From Bacteroidales bacterium (GTDB taxonomy: Bacteria > Bacteroidota > Bacteroidia > Bacteroidales > UBA932), in contig JAGCYX010000111.1 of assembly GCA_017960585.1 (NCBI GenBank), positions 1,068 through 65,067 on the forward strand: a stretch of DNA of 64,000 bases, in the 5' to 3' direction. The notes beneath the pieces are model-generated. The model made no database searches, was not told where the DNA came from, and saw only the letters and a list, made by a program, of their open reading frames with translations. The translations under genes and the position numbers were made by a program. Positions 28,911 through 38,862 of this stretch are shown piece after piece. Every line of letters begins with the position of its first letter. Within the stretch, counting starts at the first letter, position 1.

Positions 28911-29600
28911 ATGTTAGGAACGATCGTCAACACCGGGTGTATTATCGTCGGCTCCATCGTGGGGAGCCTCCTCAAGAAGGGTCTCGGCGAGAAATACCAG
29001 AATGTCCTCTACAACGCGATGGGCCTCGCGTCGCTGGCGCTCGGCGCCAACACCTTCGTCCAGAACATGCCGAAGAGCGAATTCCCCGTGCTCTTCATCC
29101 TGGCCATCGCCCTCGGCGGCATCCTCGGCACGGCGCTCGACCTGGACGGCCGCACCAAGCGGCTCATCGCCAAGCGCGGCGGTGAGGGCCTGGCCAACGG
29201 CCTCATCTCCGCCTGCCTGCTCTTCTGCGTAGGGACCTTCAGCATCGTGGGGCCCATCCTGAGCGCCACCACCGGCGACAACACCTTCCTGTTTACGAAC
29301 GCCACCCTCGACCTCGTGACCTCGATGGTCTTCGCGACCACCTACGGCATCGGCATCATCTTCGCCGCCCCGGTCCTGTTCTGCTGGCAGGGAATGTTCT
29401 ACCTCATCGGCAAACTCGCGGCCTCCTCGTCGCTGCTCGAAGGCACGATGGTCAACGAGATGGCCATCGTCGGCGGCCTGCTCATCATCTCCTCCGGCCT
29501 TTCGCTCCTGAAGATCAAGGACTGCAAGACCCTCAACTACATCCCCGCCCTCGCCATCCCGGCCCTCTGGTTCCTGGTCAAGGCCCTGCTGGGATTCTAG
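28911..29600 (+). CDS. DUF554 family membrane protein
   Basis: MLGTIVN..IIVGS, LLFCVG..SIVGP, NA.LD; multiple TM helices. Confidence 0.88.
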   Translation: MLGTIVNTGCIIVGSIVGSLLKKGLGEKYQNVLYNAMGLASLALGANTFVQNMPKSEFPVLFILAIALGGILGTALDLDGRTKRLIAKRGGEGLANGLISACLLFCVGTFSIVGPILSATTGDNTFLFTNATLDLVTSMVFATTYGIGIIFAAPVLFCWQGMFYLIGKLAASSSLLEGTMVNEMAIVGGLLIISSGLSLLKIKDCKTLNYIPALAIPALWFLVKALLGF

Positions 29601-29617
29601 GCCGTATTTGGATGCGG

Positions 29618-29708
29618 CTGAGTATCAGCCGATTATAAAGTTACTCCGGGGCGATTGCCCCGGAGTAATTTTGTAATAAACGTAATATCAGGTTGTTGTA
29701 AAAACGCA
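29618..29708. repeat. AT-flanked palindromic element / bidirectional terminator, copy 2
   Basis: CTGAGTATCAGCCGATTATAAAGTTACTCCGGGGC..GCCCCGGAGTAATTTTGTAA. Confidence 0.6.
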
Positions 29709-29712
29709 GTGG

Positions 29713-31071
29713 TTACCGCTCTTCCATCTCTATATACTCCTTTTCGTCGGTGACGCAGCGGTAGGCCGGGCGGATGATGCGGCGACCCTCGAAGTTGAGC
29801 TCCTCGTTGCGGTGCGCGCACCAGCCCACGATACGGGCCATGGCGAAAAGCGGCGTATAGATCTCGCGCGGGATGCCGATCAAGTCGTAGACCAGGCCGG
29901 AGTAGAAGTCCACGTTGGCGCAGAGGATCTTGCGCTGCCCCTTGGCGGCATACACCTCCTCGATGGCCAGGCGCTCGATGCGCTCCATGAATTCGTATTC
30001 CTCCAGGCGGCCCTTCTCGATGGCCAGGTCGCGCGCCATTTCCTTCAGCAGGACGGTACGCGGATCGGACTTGGTGTAGACCGCGTGGCCGATGCCGTAG
30101 ATGAGCCCGCTCTTGTCGAAGACCTCGCCCTTCAGGATGCGGCGCAGCCACTTGGCGATCTCCTTCTCGTCGGTCCAGTCGGTGATCTTCTCCTTCAGGA
30201 AGTCGATCATCTCGCAGACCTTCAGGTTGGCGCCGCCGTGCTTGGGACCCTTCAGCGAGCCGATGCCGGCCGCGATGGAAGAGTAGGTGTCCGTGCCGGT
30301 GGAAGAGGTCACGCGCACGGTGAAGGTGGAGTTGTTACCACCACCGTGCTCGGAGTGCAGGATCAGCAGCAGGTCGAGCGTGCGGGCGTCCAGACGCGTG
30401 AAGTCGGAGCCCTTGAGCATATAGAGGAAATTCTCCGCCAGGGAGTGGTCGGGGCGGGCGTCGCGGATGTGCAGCGTCTTGCCCTGCTCCTTGCGGCGGA
30501 GCATGTTATAAGCATACGCGATGATGGTCGGGAACTTGGAGATGAGCTCGATGCTCTGGCGCATCAGGTTCTCGCGGGAGACGTCGTCAGGGTTGTCGTC
30601 GAAGGTGTAGAACTCCAGCACGCTGCGCGCGAGGATGTTCATCACGTCGTAACCCTCCATCTCGATGATGTGCAGCAGCGTCTTCTGCTCCAGGGGCATG
30701 TTGTCCAGGATCAGGTCGGAGAACTCCTCCAGCTCCTCGCGGTCGGGAAGCCGTCCGGAGAGCAGCAGGAAGGCGATTTCCTCGAAGCCGAAGCGGTCCT
30801 CGCGCATGATGGCGCGGCAGAGGTCCTTGACCTCGTAGCCCCGGAAATAGAGCTCGCCCTCGATGGGCACGAGCGTCCCGTCCGGCTTGCGGTCGTAGCC
30901 CACGACGTTACCGATGTTGGTCAGTCCGACCAGCACACCGGTGCCATCCTCATTACGCAGGCCGCGCTTGACGTCCAGTTTCTTGAACAGGGCGGCGTCC
31001 ATCCGGGTGCTCCCCTTCATCTCGTCGGAGAGCTTGTAGATGAGGTATTCCTTCTTGGTCTTCGTGGTCAT
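29713..31071 (-). CDS. gltA: Citrate synthase
   Basis: [52 protein letters not shown]. Confidence 0.95.
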   Translation of the reverse strand: MTTKTKKEYLIYKLSDEMKGSTRMDAALFKKLDVKRGLRNEDGTGVLVGLTNIGNVVGYDRKPDGTLVPIEGELYFRGYEVKDLCRAIMREDRFGFEEIAFLLLSGRLPDREELEEFSDLILDNMPLEQKTLLHIIEMEGYDVMNILARSVLEFYTFDDNPDDVSRENLMRQSIELISKFPTIIAYAYNMLRRKEQGKTLHIRDARPDHSLAENFLYMLKGSDFTRLDARTLDLLLILHSEHGGGNNSTFTVRVTSSTGTDTYSSIAAGIGSLKGPKHGGANLKVCEMIDFLKEKITDWTDEKEIAKWLRRILKGEVFDKSGLIYGIGHAVYTKSDPRTVLLKEMARDLAIEKGRLEEYEFMERIERLAIEEVYAAKGQRKILCANVDFYSGLVYDLIGIPREIYTPLFAMARIVGWCAHRNEELNFEGRRIIRPAYRCVTDEKEYIEMEER

Positions 31072-33266
31072 AGCTTCGACAGGGTGTTGAGCGCAGAACC
31101 CGCCCGGAACCAGGCGATCTGCTGCGGCGTATAACTGTGGCACGCCTGGATGCGCTCCTGGGAGCCGTTCTCGTGGTGGATCACCACGGGAACCGGGCGT
31201 CCGGGCGCGATGCCGGCGCACAGGACGTCCAGCTTGTCGCCGGACTTGATCCTGGCATAATCCGAGGGATTCGCGAAGGTCAGGGCCAGTACGCCCTGCT
31301 TCTTGAGGTTGGTCTCATGGATGCGCGCGAAGCTCTTGGCGAGCACGGCGCGCACGCCCAGGAAGCGCGGCTCCATCGCCGCGTGCTCGCGGCTGGAACC
31401 CTCGCCGTAGTTGTCCTCGGCCACCACGATGCTGCCGGCGCCGGCGTCCCGGAGGACCTTGGCGCGCGGCGCCACAGGGCCGGATTTGCCGGTGAAGGCG
31501 TCCGTGGCCCCCATCAGGAGGTTGTCGGAGATGTTCTCCAGGTGGCCGCGATATTTCAGCCACGGGCCCGCCATCGAGATGTGGTCCGTGGTGCACTTTC
31601 CTTTGACTTTGATCAGCAGCGGCAGGGCCGTCAGGTCGTTCCCGTCCCAGGCCGCGAACGGCTCCAGGCGCTGAAGGCGCTGGCTGTCGGGACGGATGAC
31701 CGGCTCGGGGCTGCCGGGCTGCGGGGCCTCGTAGCCCGTGATGTCGGGCACGAAGCCCTGCGCGGGCAGGTCGTTGCCGCGAGGGGCACGCATCCACACG
31801 CCGTCGATGGTCTCGGAGCGGGGATCGAAATCCAAGCGGCCCGCGAACGCGAGCGCCACCGCCATCGAAGGCGAGGAGATGAAGGCGCGCGTCTCGGGGT
31901 TGCCGTCGGCCCGCTTCGCGAAATTGCGGTTGAAGCTCGTCACGATGGTGTTCGGGCGCGTCGGGTCGTCCGTCTCGCGCACCCACTGGCCGATGCAGGG
32001 GCCGCAGGCGTTCGCCATCACGGTGGCGCCGGCCTCCCGCAGGGAATCCAGCAGGCCGTCGCGTTCGGCCGTCGCGCGGATTTGCGCGCTGCCGGGGACC
32101 ACGAGCAGCTTGGCCTTCGGTCGCAGGCCCGCGTCCAGCGCCGCGCGCGCCACGGAGGCGGCGGACGCCATATCCTGATAGGAAGAATTCGTACAGGAAC
32201 CGATCAGGCTCACCTCCACCTGGTGCGGGAAATGCTCCCGCGCCTGGCGGTCCTTCATCCCGCTCAGCGCGCAGGCGGCGTCGGGGGTGTAGGGCCCGTT
32301 GATGTAGGGTTCGAGCTCGCAGAGGTTGATCTGCACGACCTCGTCGTAGTACTGCTCCGGATGCGCGATCACGGCGTCGTCCGCCCGCAGCTCGCCGCAG
32401 ATGGCGGAGGCCATGGCGGCCACGTCCCGGCGGCCGGTGGCCATCAGGTACTCGGCGATGTGCACGCCGTACGGGAAGACGGAGCTCGTGGCGCCCACTT
32501 CGGCGCCCATATTGCAGATGGTGGCCTTGCCGGTGCAGGAGAGGTTCTCCGTGCCGGGGCCAAAATATTCAAGGATGGCGTTGGTGCCGCCTTTGACCGT
32601 GAGCAGGCCGGCGAGCTTGAGGATGACGTCCTTTGGGGTGGCCCAGCCCTTGAGCGAACCGGTCAGGCGCACGCCGATCAGGCGCGGCATCCGCAGCTCC
32701 CAGGGCATGCCCGTCATCACGTCCACCGCATCGGCGCCGCCCACGCCGATGGCCAACATTCCCATACCGCCCGCGTTGGGGGTATGGGAGTCCGTCCCGA
32801 CCATCATGCCGCCCGGGAACGCGTAGTTCTCCAGGACGATCTGATGGATGATACCGGCACCCGGCTTCCAGAAGCCGATGCCATAGCGGGCTGCCGCCGA
32901 AGCGAGGAAATCGTAGACTTCCGCGTTGGTCTTCAGGGCGTCCGCGAGATCCGTTTCCGCGCCCTTCTTCGCGCAGATGAGGTGATCGCAGTGGACCGTG
33001 GTGGGCACGCTCACGGCCTCACGGCCCGTGCTCATGAATTGCAGCAGCGCCATCTGCGCCGTCGCATCCTGCATCGCCACGCGGTCGGGACGGAATTCGC
33101 CGAAATCCTCCAGCCGCTTGAGGGGGCGGAGGTTGTTCTGGTCGTACGCGTGGGTATACAAGATCTTCTCAGACAACGTCAGCGGCCTGCCCAGCATACG
33201 CCGGACGGCCGCTACCCGTTCGCCATAGCCCTTGTAAAAGGACTTCACGGTCTCGAAATCGAACAT
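31068..33266 (-). CDS. acnA: Aconitate hydratase
   Basis: [52 protein letters not shown]. Confidence 0.96.
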   Translation of the reverse strand: MFDFETVKSFYKGYGERVAAVRRMLGRPLTLSEKILYTHAYDQNNLRPLKRLEDFGEFRPDRVAMQDATAQMALLQFMSTGREAVSVPTTVHCDHLICAKKGAETDLADALKTNAEVYDFLASAAARYGIGFWKPGAGIIHQIVLENYAFPGGMMVGTDSHTPNAGGMGMLAIGVGGADAVDVMTGMPWELRMPRLIGVRLTGSLKGWATPKDVILKLAGLLTVKGGTNAILEYFGPGTENLSCTGKATICNMGAEVGATSSVFPYGVHIAEYLMATGRRDVAAMASAICGELRADDAVIAHPEQYYDEVVQINLCELEPYINGPYTPDAACALSGMKDRQAREHFPHQVEVSLIGSCTNSSYQDMASAASVARAALDAGLRPKAKLLVVPGSAQIRATAERDGLLDSLREAGATVMANACGPCIGQWVRETDDPTRPNTIVTSFNRNFAKRADGNPETRAFISSPSMAVALAFAGRLDFDPRSETIDGVWMRAPRGNDLPAQGFVPDITGYEAPQPGSPEPVIRPDSQRLQRLEPFAAWDGNDLTALPLLIKVKGKCTTDHISMAGPWLKYRGHLENISDNLLMGATDAFTGKSGPVAPRAKVLRDAGAGSIVVAEDNYGEGSSREHAAMEPRFLGVRAVLAKSFARIHETNLKKQGVLALTFANPSDYARIKSGDKLDVLCAGIAPGRPVPVVIHHENGSQERIQACHSYTPQQIAWFRAGSALNTLSKL

Positions 33267-33518
33267 ACGGATCTTCTAACCAATAAACACAACTAACTAA
33301 CTTTTGTCGCGGCTCTCCCGGCGTCCGGGCGGGGGATCGGGAGCCACCACGTCACAAAGATAGACAAAAAATTGATTAATAAAAACAATTTTGTAACTAA
33401 TTGATATTTAGCAGCAAAATAATCCGCGTTTGTTATTCTGTTGTAAATTTAATAAAAAGAGCCCCCGGAAAAGGGACTCTTTACTTTCAATTTGTAATAA
33501 TTTTCTATAAAAAACTGA

Positions 33519-34289
33519 CTAGATGCACGTATAACCGCCGTCCACCGCAATATTCTGACCGTTGACATAGGTAGAAGCCGGGGAGGCCAGGAAGAGGGCG
33601 CAGGTGTCCAGTTCACCCTGCTTGCCGTAGCGGCCCAGCGGGATGTTGTTCTTGGCGATGGCCTGGAAGTAGTCGGAGTCGAGGGTGGCAGTGGTCAGGT
33701 CGGTGTAGAAGTAGCCCGGGCAGATGCTGTTCACGGTGATGCCGTACTTGCCCCACTCGGCGGCGAGGGCGCGGGTCAGGTTCACGACACCGCCCTTGGC
33801 GGCGTGATACGGGGCGGAGCCCACGATGAGGTTGCCCACCAGGCCGTACATCGAGGCGATGTTGATGATGCGGCCGTAACCGGCCTTGATCATCTCCTTG
33901 CCGAATTCGCGGGAGCAGTTGAACGTACCGAACAGGTCGATGTCCAGTTCCTTCTTGAACTGCTCGTCGGTGATCTCCTCGGCCGGGGCCACGGCGCCCG
34001 TGCCGGCATTGTTCATCAGGATGTCCACGCGGCCGAAACGCTCCATCGTGGCCGCCACGGCGGCCTTGACCTTCTCCGTGTCGGTGATGTCGCAGGCGAA
34101 CGGCAGCACCTCAACGCCGAACTCGGCGTTGATGGCCTTGGCGTTCTCCTCGAGGAGGTTCATGCGGCGGGCGAGAAGCACCAGGTTGGCGCCCTGGCTG
34201 GCGAAAGCCTTGGCCATCTGGAGGCCCAGGCCGGTGGAGGCGCCGGTCACGACGGCGACGCGTCCCGTAAGGTCGAAATAATTCTTCAT
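33519..34289 (-). CDS. SDR oxidoreductase (gluconate 5-dehydrogenase-like)
   Basis: TGASTGLG, NNAG, YHAAK. Confidence 0.9.
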   Translation of the reverse strand: MKNYFDLTGRVAVVTGASTGLGLQMAKAFASQGANLVLLARRMNLLEENAKAINAEFGVEVLPFACDITDTEKVKAAVAATMERFGRVDILMNNAGTGAVAPAEEITDEQFKKELDIDLFGTFNCSREFGKEMIKAGYGRIINIASMYGLVGNLIVGSAPYHAAKGGVVNLTRALAAEWGKYGITVNSICPGYFYTDLTTATLDSDYFQAIAKNNIPLGRYGKQGELDTCALFLASPASTYVNGQNIAVDGGYTCI

Positions 34290-34335
34290 ATACTTGGTTG
34301 CTTTATTTCTGGCAAACGCAAATATACAAAAATAA

Positions 34336-34434
34336 AGATTCCCGGTCAAGCCGGGAATGACGGGGGACGTCATGCCCGACTACCGGGGTCCCCGGAAATC
34401 TCTGATTTCTGGGGTGGTCTTGATCGGGCATCTA
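34336..34434. repeat. Inverted pair of CGTC-tagged REPs; the second is interrupted by a nested hairpin
   Basis: AGATTCCCGGTCAAGCCGGGAATGACG + CGTCATGCCCGAC[39 bp]TTGATCGGGCATCTA. Confidence 0.8.
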
Positions 34435-34887
34435 TTCGTGCGAAGCGAAACGCTGCTCGGCGAGTTTCTCGTATTTGGTGCCGGGACGGCCCCAGTTGGC
34501 GTAGGGATAGATGGAGATGCCGCCGCGCGGCGTGAAGAAACCCGTGACCTCGATGTACTTGGGATCCATCAGCGTGCGCAGGTCCTTCATGATGGTGTTG
34601 ATGCAGTCCTCGTGGAAGTCGCCGTGGCTGCGGAAACTGAAGAGATAGAGCTTGAGACTCTTGCTCTCCACCATCCGCCTGTCGGGAATGTAGCTGATGC
34701 GGATCTCCGCGAAGTCCGGCTGGCCCGTGATGGGGCACAGCGTCGTGAACTCCGGGCAGTTGAAGCGCACCCAGTAATCGTTATCCGGATGCTGGTTCTC
34801 GAAGGTTTCGAGCACGGAGGGGTCGTAATCCTGGCTGTATGCGGCCTCGTGGCCCAGGGCCTGCAGGCCGTCTTTCGTTCTGTCCAT
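34432..34887 (-). CDS. queF: preQ0 reductase (unimodular)
   Basis: [34 protein letters not shown]. Confidence 0.97.
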   Translation of the reverse strand: MDRTKDGLQALGHEAAYSQDYDPSVLETFENQHPDNDYWVRFNCPEFTTLCPITGQPDFAEIRISYIPDRRMVESKSLKLYLFSFRSHGDFHEDCINTIMKDLRTLMDPKYIEVTGFFTPRGGISIYPYANWGRPGTKYEKLAEQRFASHE

Positions 34888-34892
34888 ATCGA

Positions 34893-35591
34893 TTAGATGT
34901 CTTTGATTTTAAAAGGATTGTAGGAAATGCCCGCGTCGATGGTGTCGATCCCTTCGGCCCGCTTGACGCCGCGCACGATCCAGACGGTCAGCGGAAGCGC
35001 CACGACCTCGTAGAGCACCTTGGCAATGATCTGCGTCACGGCCAGCTGCACGGCGGCCGGGAAGGACAGGACCCCCCAGAACACCACCGGGAAGAAGATG
35101 AGCGAGTCGGTCGCCTCGCCGGCCAGCGAGGACAGGATGGCGCGCCAGCCGAAGCCCTTGCCCTGCTGGGCCACCTTCATCCGGCTCATGACCCACGCGT
35201 TGACGGTGGATCCGGCGAAGAAGGCGAACAGCGAGGCCACGGTCGTCCGGGGCACCATCGCGAACAGCGAATCGAAGGCCTCCGCCACCGGGACGCTGCT
35301 CTCTTGCAGCGGCGCGGGCAGCCAGCACACCAGCTGCGCCATCATCGCCACGAAAGCGCTCAGGATGAACGCCATCCAAATGACGAAGCGCGCCTTGCGA
35401 TAGCCGTAGACCTCGGTCAGGCAGTCATTGAGAATATAGGATACCGGGAACAGCAGCACGGCGCCGGAGAGCTGCAGCGGCAGCCCGGCCACCTGCCAGA
35501 GGCGCGGTACGAAGAAATTCGACGTGATCAGACAAACGACCAGCGTCGCGGCCAGCACCACAAAGCGGGTGCTGAAATGAGCTTTTGACAT
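34893..35591 (-). CDS. yhhQ: Queuosine precursor transporter (YhhQ/VUT family)
   Basis: [36 protein letters not shown]. Confidence 0.92.
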   Translation of the reverse strand: MSKAHFSTRFVVLAATLVVCLITSNFFVPRLWQVAGLPLQLSGAVLLFPVSYILNDCLTEVYGYRKARFVIWMAFILSAFVAMMAQLVCWLPAPLQESSVPVAEAFDSLFAMVPRTTVASLFAFFAGSTVNAWVMSRMKVAQQGKGFGWRAILSSLAGEATDSLIFFPVVFWGVLSFPAAVQLAVTQIIAKVLYEVVALPLTVWIVRGVKRAEGIDTIDAGISYNPFKIKDI

Positions 35592-35597
35592 GTCTCT

Positions 35598-35627
35598 CTT
35601 GTTTTTAACGTGGTTTCAAGAACACAG
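35598..35627 (-). ncRNA. preQ1 class I riboswitch
   Basis: CUGUG-UUCUUGAAAC-CACG-UUAAAAA-CAAG: short P1, A-rich tail, CUUG/CAAG pseudoknot, 6 nt before the yhhQ ATG. Confidence 0.75.
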
Positions 35628-35672
35628 GGTCCGCCCGCCTGTCAAGTCCGGCGGGCGGATCCCTAAAACTAT

Positions 35673-36713
35673 TTAAACTTCGACGGCGGAATTGAACTCC
35701 TGGAGGAAACGCATGTCGTTCTCGAAGTAGTGGCGCAGGTCGTTGACCCGCCACTTCAGCATCGCGATGCGCTCCAGGCCCATTCCGAAGGCGAAGCCAC
35801 TATATTTCCTGGAGTCGATCCCGCTGGCCTCGAGGACGTTCGGGTCCACCATGCCGCAGCCCAGAATCTCCAGCCAGCCCGTTCCCTTGCAGATGTTGCA
35901 ACCCTTGCCGTGGCAGATGTTGCAGCTCACGTCCACCTCGGCGGACGGCTCCGTGAAGGGGAAGAAGGACGGACGCATGCGGATCTCGGTCTCGGGACCG
36001 AACATCTCGCGGGCGAACAGGAGGATGGCCTGCTTGAGGTCGGCGAAGGTCACGTTCTCGTCGATGTAGAGACCCTCCACCTGGTGGAAGATGCAATGCG
36101 CGCGGGCGCTGATGGCCTCGTTGCGGAACACGCGGCCCGGGCAGATCACGCGGATGGGCGGATTCTTCATCCGCTCCATCGTGCGCACCTGCACGCTGGA
36201 GGTGTGCGTACGGAGCAGCAGCGGGTTGGGATGGCCCGTGGACACGAAGAAGGTGTCCTGCATGTCGCGGGCCGGGTGGTTCGGCGGGAAGTTGAGCGCC
36301 TCGAAGACGTGGTAGTCGTCCTCCACCTCGGGACCTTCGGCCACATCGTAGCCGAACTTGCGGAAGATATCCACGATCTCCTGCCGGACGATCGAGACCG
36401 GATGGCGGGAACCCAGCTCCAGCGGGTCGCCGGGCATCGTCAGATCCTGCTTCGGGCCCGTGCTGCCGCCCTCCTCGCCGACCGTGTCGCGGAGGCGCTG
36501 GATCGTCTCCTCGGCGGCGTTCTTCAGCTCGTTGAGCGTGCGGCCGAACTCGCGCTTCATTTCCTTGTCCACGGTGCGGAACTCCTCGAAGAGCGCCGTG
36601 ATCTCGCCTTTGCGGCCGAGGAAGCGCACCCGCGCTTCTTCAACCTCCTTCTGCGTCTTGCACTGGAGCGCTTTCAGCTCCGCAAGGACTTTGTCGATAT
36701 CTTCTCTTTTCAT
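35673..36713 (-). CDS. pheS: Phenylalanyl-tRNA synthetase alpha subunit
   Basis: HPARDMQDTF, LLRTHTS, FHQVEG, FPFTEPS, GFAFGMGLER. Confidence 0.98.
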   Translation of the reverse strand: MKREDIDKVLAELKALQCKTQKEVEEARVRFLGRKGEITALFEEFRTVDKEMKREFGRTLNELKNAAEETIQRLRDTVGEEGGSTGPKQDLTMPGDPLELGSRHPVSIVRQEIVDIFRKFGYDVAEGPEVEDDYHVFEALNFPPNHPARDMQDTFFVSTGHPNPLLLRTHTSSVQVRTMERMKNPPIRVICPGRVFRNEAISARAHCIFHQVEGLYIDENVTFADLKQAILLFAREMFGPETEIRMRPSFFPFTEPSAEVDVSCNICHGKGCNICKGTGWLEILGCGMVDPNVLEASGIDSRKYSGFAFGMGLERIAMLKWRVNDLRHYFENDMRFLQEFNSAVEV

Positions 36714-36714
36714 A

Positions 36715-37125
36715 TTAATTCCGTTTTGCGGCACGCTTGTCGCGCGACTTCTTGTCGCGGGCGGCGCCGGACTTGAGATACTTCGCCCACTGCTTCTCGT
36801 CGAAGACCTTCTGCAACGACTGGTAGATCTGCTCAGCCCACTTGTCCTGCACCTGCTGGTAGACGTCCGTGTTGGTCATCTTGGCGGTCTGCAGGCCCCG
36901 GAGCTCGACGCGCAGCGCTTCGTAGTCATGCGTCAGGATGGAGTCCACGTAGAAGGACTGCCAGTCTTCCAGCTCCAGCAGATTCTCGTAGTTCTCGACC
37001 GTGCGGTCGATCAGCTCGCGCATCTGCTTGATCTGTTCCTCCTCGCTCTGCTGCTGCGCCCAGGCTGTCAGGGACAGGAGCGACAGGGCAAAAATCCCGA
37101 AAATTTTTATAGCTTTGTATCTCAT
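36715..37125 (-). CDS. Secreted helical hypothetical protein
   Basis: Signal peptide ..LTAWA; 1-nt gap to pheS; host-like codon usage. Confidence 0.75.
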   Translation of the reverse strand: MRYKAIKIFGIFALSLLSLTAWAQQQSEEEQIKQMRELIDRTVENYENLLELEDWQSFYVDSILTHDYEALRVELRGLQTAKMTNTDVYQQVQDKWAEQIYQSLQKVFDEKQWAKYLKSGAARDKKSRDKRAAKRN

Positions 37126-37155
37126 AAGCCTGCAAATTTAAGAAGAAAAGATAAA

Positions 37156-38853
37156 ATGAGAAAATTTCTGTGCATCATCCTGCTATCCGCCGCCATCGCG
37201 GCCGGTCGCGCGGACGCCTGTACCAACGTCATCATCAGCCCCGGCGCCAGCGCGGACGGCTCCAGCATGGTCTCCTATGCCGCCGACTCGCACGGCCTCT
37301 TCGGCGAGCTGTATTTCCGCCCTGCGGGCCGCTTCCAGGCCGGCAGCCTCCTCGCCATCCGCGAGTGGGACACGGGGCGCCCGACGGGCAGCATCGCGCA
37401 GGTGGCCCGGACCTGGCAGACCGTCGGCAATATGAACCAGCGCCAGCTGATCATCGGCGAGACCACCTGGGGCGGCCGCGAGGAGCAGGTGGACACCACC
37501 GGCATCATGGACTACGGCTCCCTGATCTACGTCACCCTCCAGCGCGCCAGCACGGCACGCGAGGCCATCGCCACCATCGTGGAGCTCGCCAACACCTACG
37601 GCTACCCCTCCGAGGGCGAGACCTTCTCGATCGCCGACCCGCAGGAGGCCTGGGTGATGGACCTCGTGGGCAAGGGCCCGGACAACAAAGGCATCGTGTG
37701 GGTGGCGCGGCGCGTGCCGGACGGCTACATCTGCGCCCACGCCAACCAGGCCCGCATCACGCGCTTTCCGCAGGACGATCCGGAGAACTGCCTCTACGCC
37801 CCGGACGTGATCAGCTACGCCCGCGAGCAGGGCTGGTACGAGGGCGAGGATGCCGATTTCAGCTTCCGCGACGCCTACAATCCGCTCGACTTCGGCGGCG
37901 CCCGCGCCTGTGACGCCCGCGCCTGGAGCGCCTTCAACATCCTCTGCGACGGCGTCTTCACCTACGAGGAGAACGGCGTGGAGGTCTCCCGCCCGGCCGC
38001 CGACTGGCTGGACTACGCCATGGGCTACGACCTGCAGGGCGAGATGCCTCTCTTCGTCAAGCCCGCCCGCAAGATCACGGTCAAGGACGTGGCCGACGTG
38101 ATGCGCGACCACTACGAGGGCACCCCGATGGATATGACCACCGACATCGGCGCGGGCGGCAACGGCCTGCCCTACCGCTGGCGTCCGATGAACTTCACCG
38201 TGGACGGCAAGACCTACCTCAACGAGCGCGCCATCGCCACGCAGCAGACGGGCTTCTGGTTCGTCGCCCAGGCGCGCGGCTACCTCCCCGCCGAGGTCGG
38301 CGCGCTGATCTGGTTCGGCTGCGACGACGCCGCCACCTCCTACCTGACCCCGATCTACGCCAACCTCACGAAGGTCCCCGAGTGCCTGCGCGAGGGCAAC
38401 GGCGACCTGCTTCACTACAGCCCCACCGCCCAGTTCTGGATGTGCAACCGCGTGGCGCAGGCCTGCTACAAGATGTACGACCGCATGGCCCCCGTGGTCC
38501 GCGCGGCGGCGGACGCCTTCGAGCGCGACCAGCTGGAGAAGGGTGTCCCGGAAATGGACGCCCAGCTCGCGAAGCTCGTGGAGAAAGGCCGCCTGCGCAA
38601 GGCGCGCAAGCTGATGACGAAATATAGCGTGGAGACGGCTCAGGCCCAGTTCGCGGCCTGGACCAAGCTGGAAGAGCTGCTGCTCGTCAAGTTCATCGAC
38701 GGCAATATCAAGGCCCAGGAAGAAGACGGCTCCTTCTCGCACACTGAGTACGGCGCCGGTTTCCCGAAGGGCCTCCAGTACGGCGGCTACAACGAACTCT
38801 GGAAGGCCGCCGTCGCCCGCGACCCGCACGCTCCCATCCTGGAATCCAAATAG
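37156..38853 (+). CDS. C69 family dipeptidase
   Basis: Signal peptide then the Ntn nucleophile CTN; GNMN..QL.IGETT; ERAIATQQT. Confidence 0.9.
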   Translation: MRKFLCIILLSAAIAAGRADACTNVIISPGASADGSSMVSYAADSHGLFGELYFRPAGRFQAGSLLAIREWDTGRPTGSIAQVARTWQTVGNMNQRQLIIGETTWGGREEQVDTTGIMDYGSLIYVTLQRASTAREAIATIVELANTYGYPSEGETFSIADPQEAWVMDLVGKGPDNKGIVWVARRVPDGYICAHANQARITRFPQDDPENCLYAPDVISYAREQGWYEGEDADFSFRDAYNPLDFGGARACDARAWSAFNILCDGVFTYEENGVEVSRPAADWLDYAMGYDLQGEMPLFVKPARKITVKDVADVMRDHYEGTPMDMTTDIGAGGNGLPYRWRPMNFTVDGKTYLNERAIATQQTGFWFVAQARGYLPAEVGALIWFGCDDAATSYLTPIYANLTKVPECLREGNGDLLHYSPTAQFWMCNRVAQACYKMYDRMAPVVRAAADAFERDQLEKGVPEMDAQLAKLVEKGRLRKARKLMTKYSVETAQAQFAAWTKLEELLLVKFIDGNIKAQEEDGSFSHTEYGAGFPKGLQYGGYNELWKAAVARDPHAPILESK

Positions 38854-38862
38854 CCCCGGACC

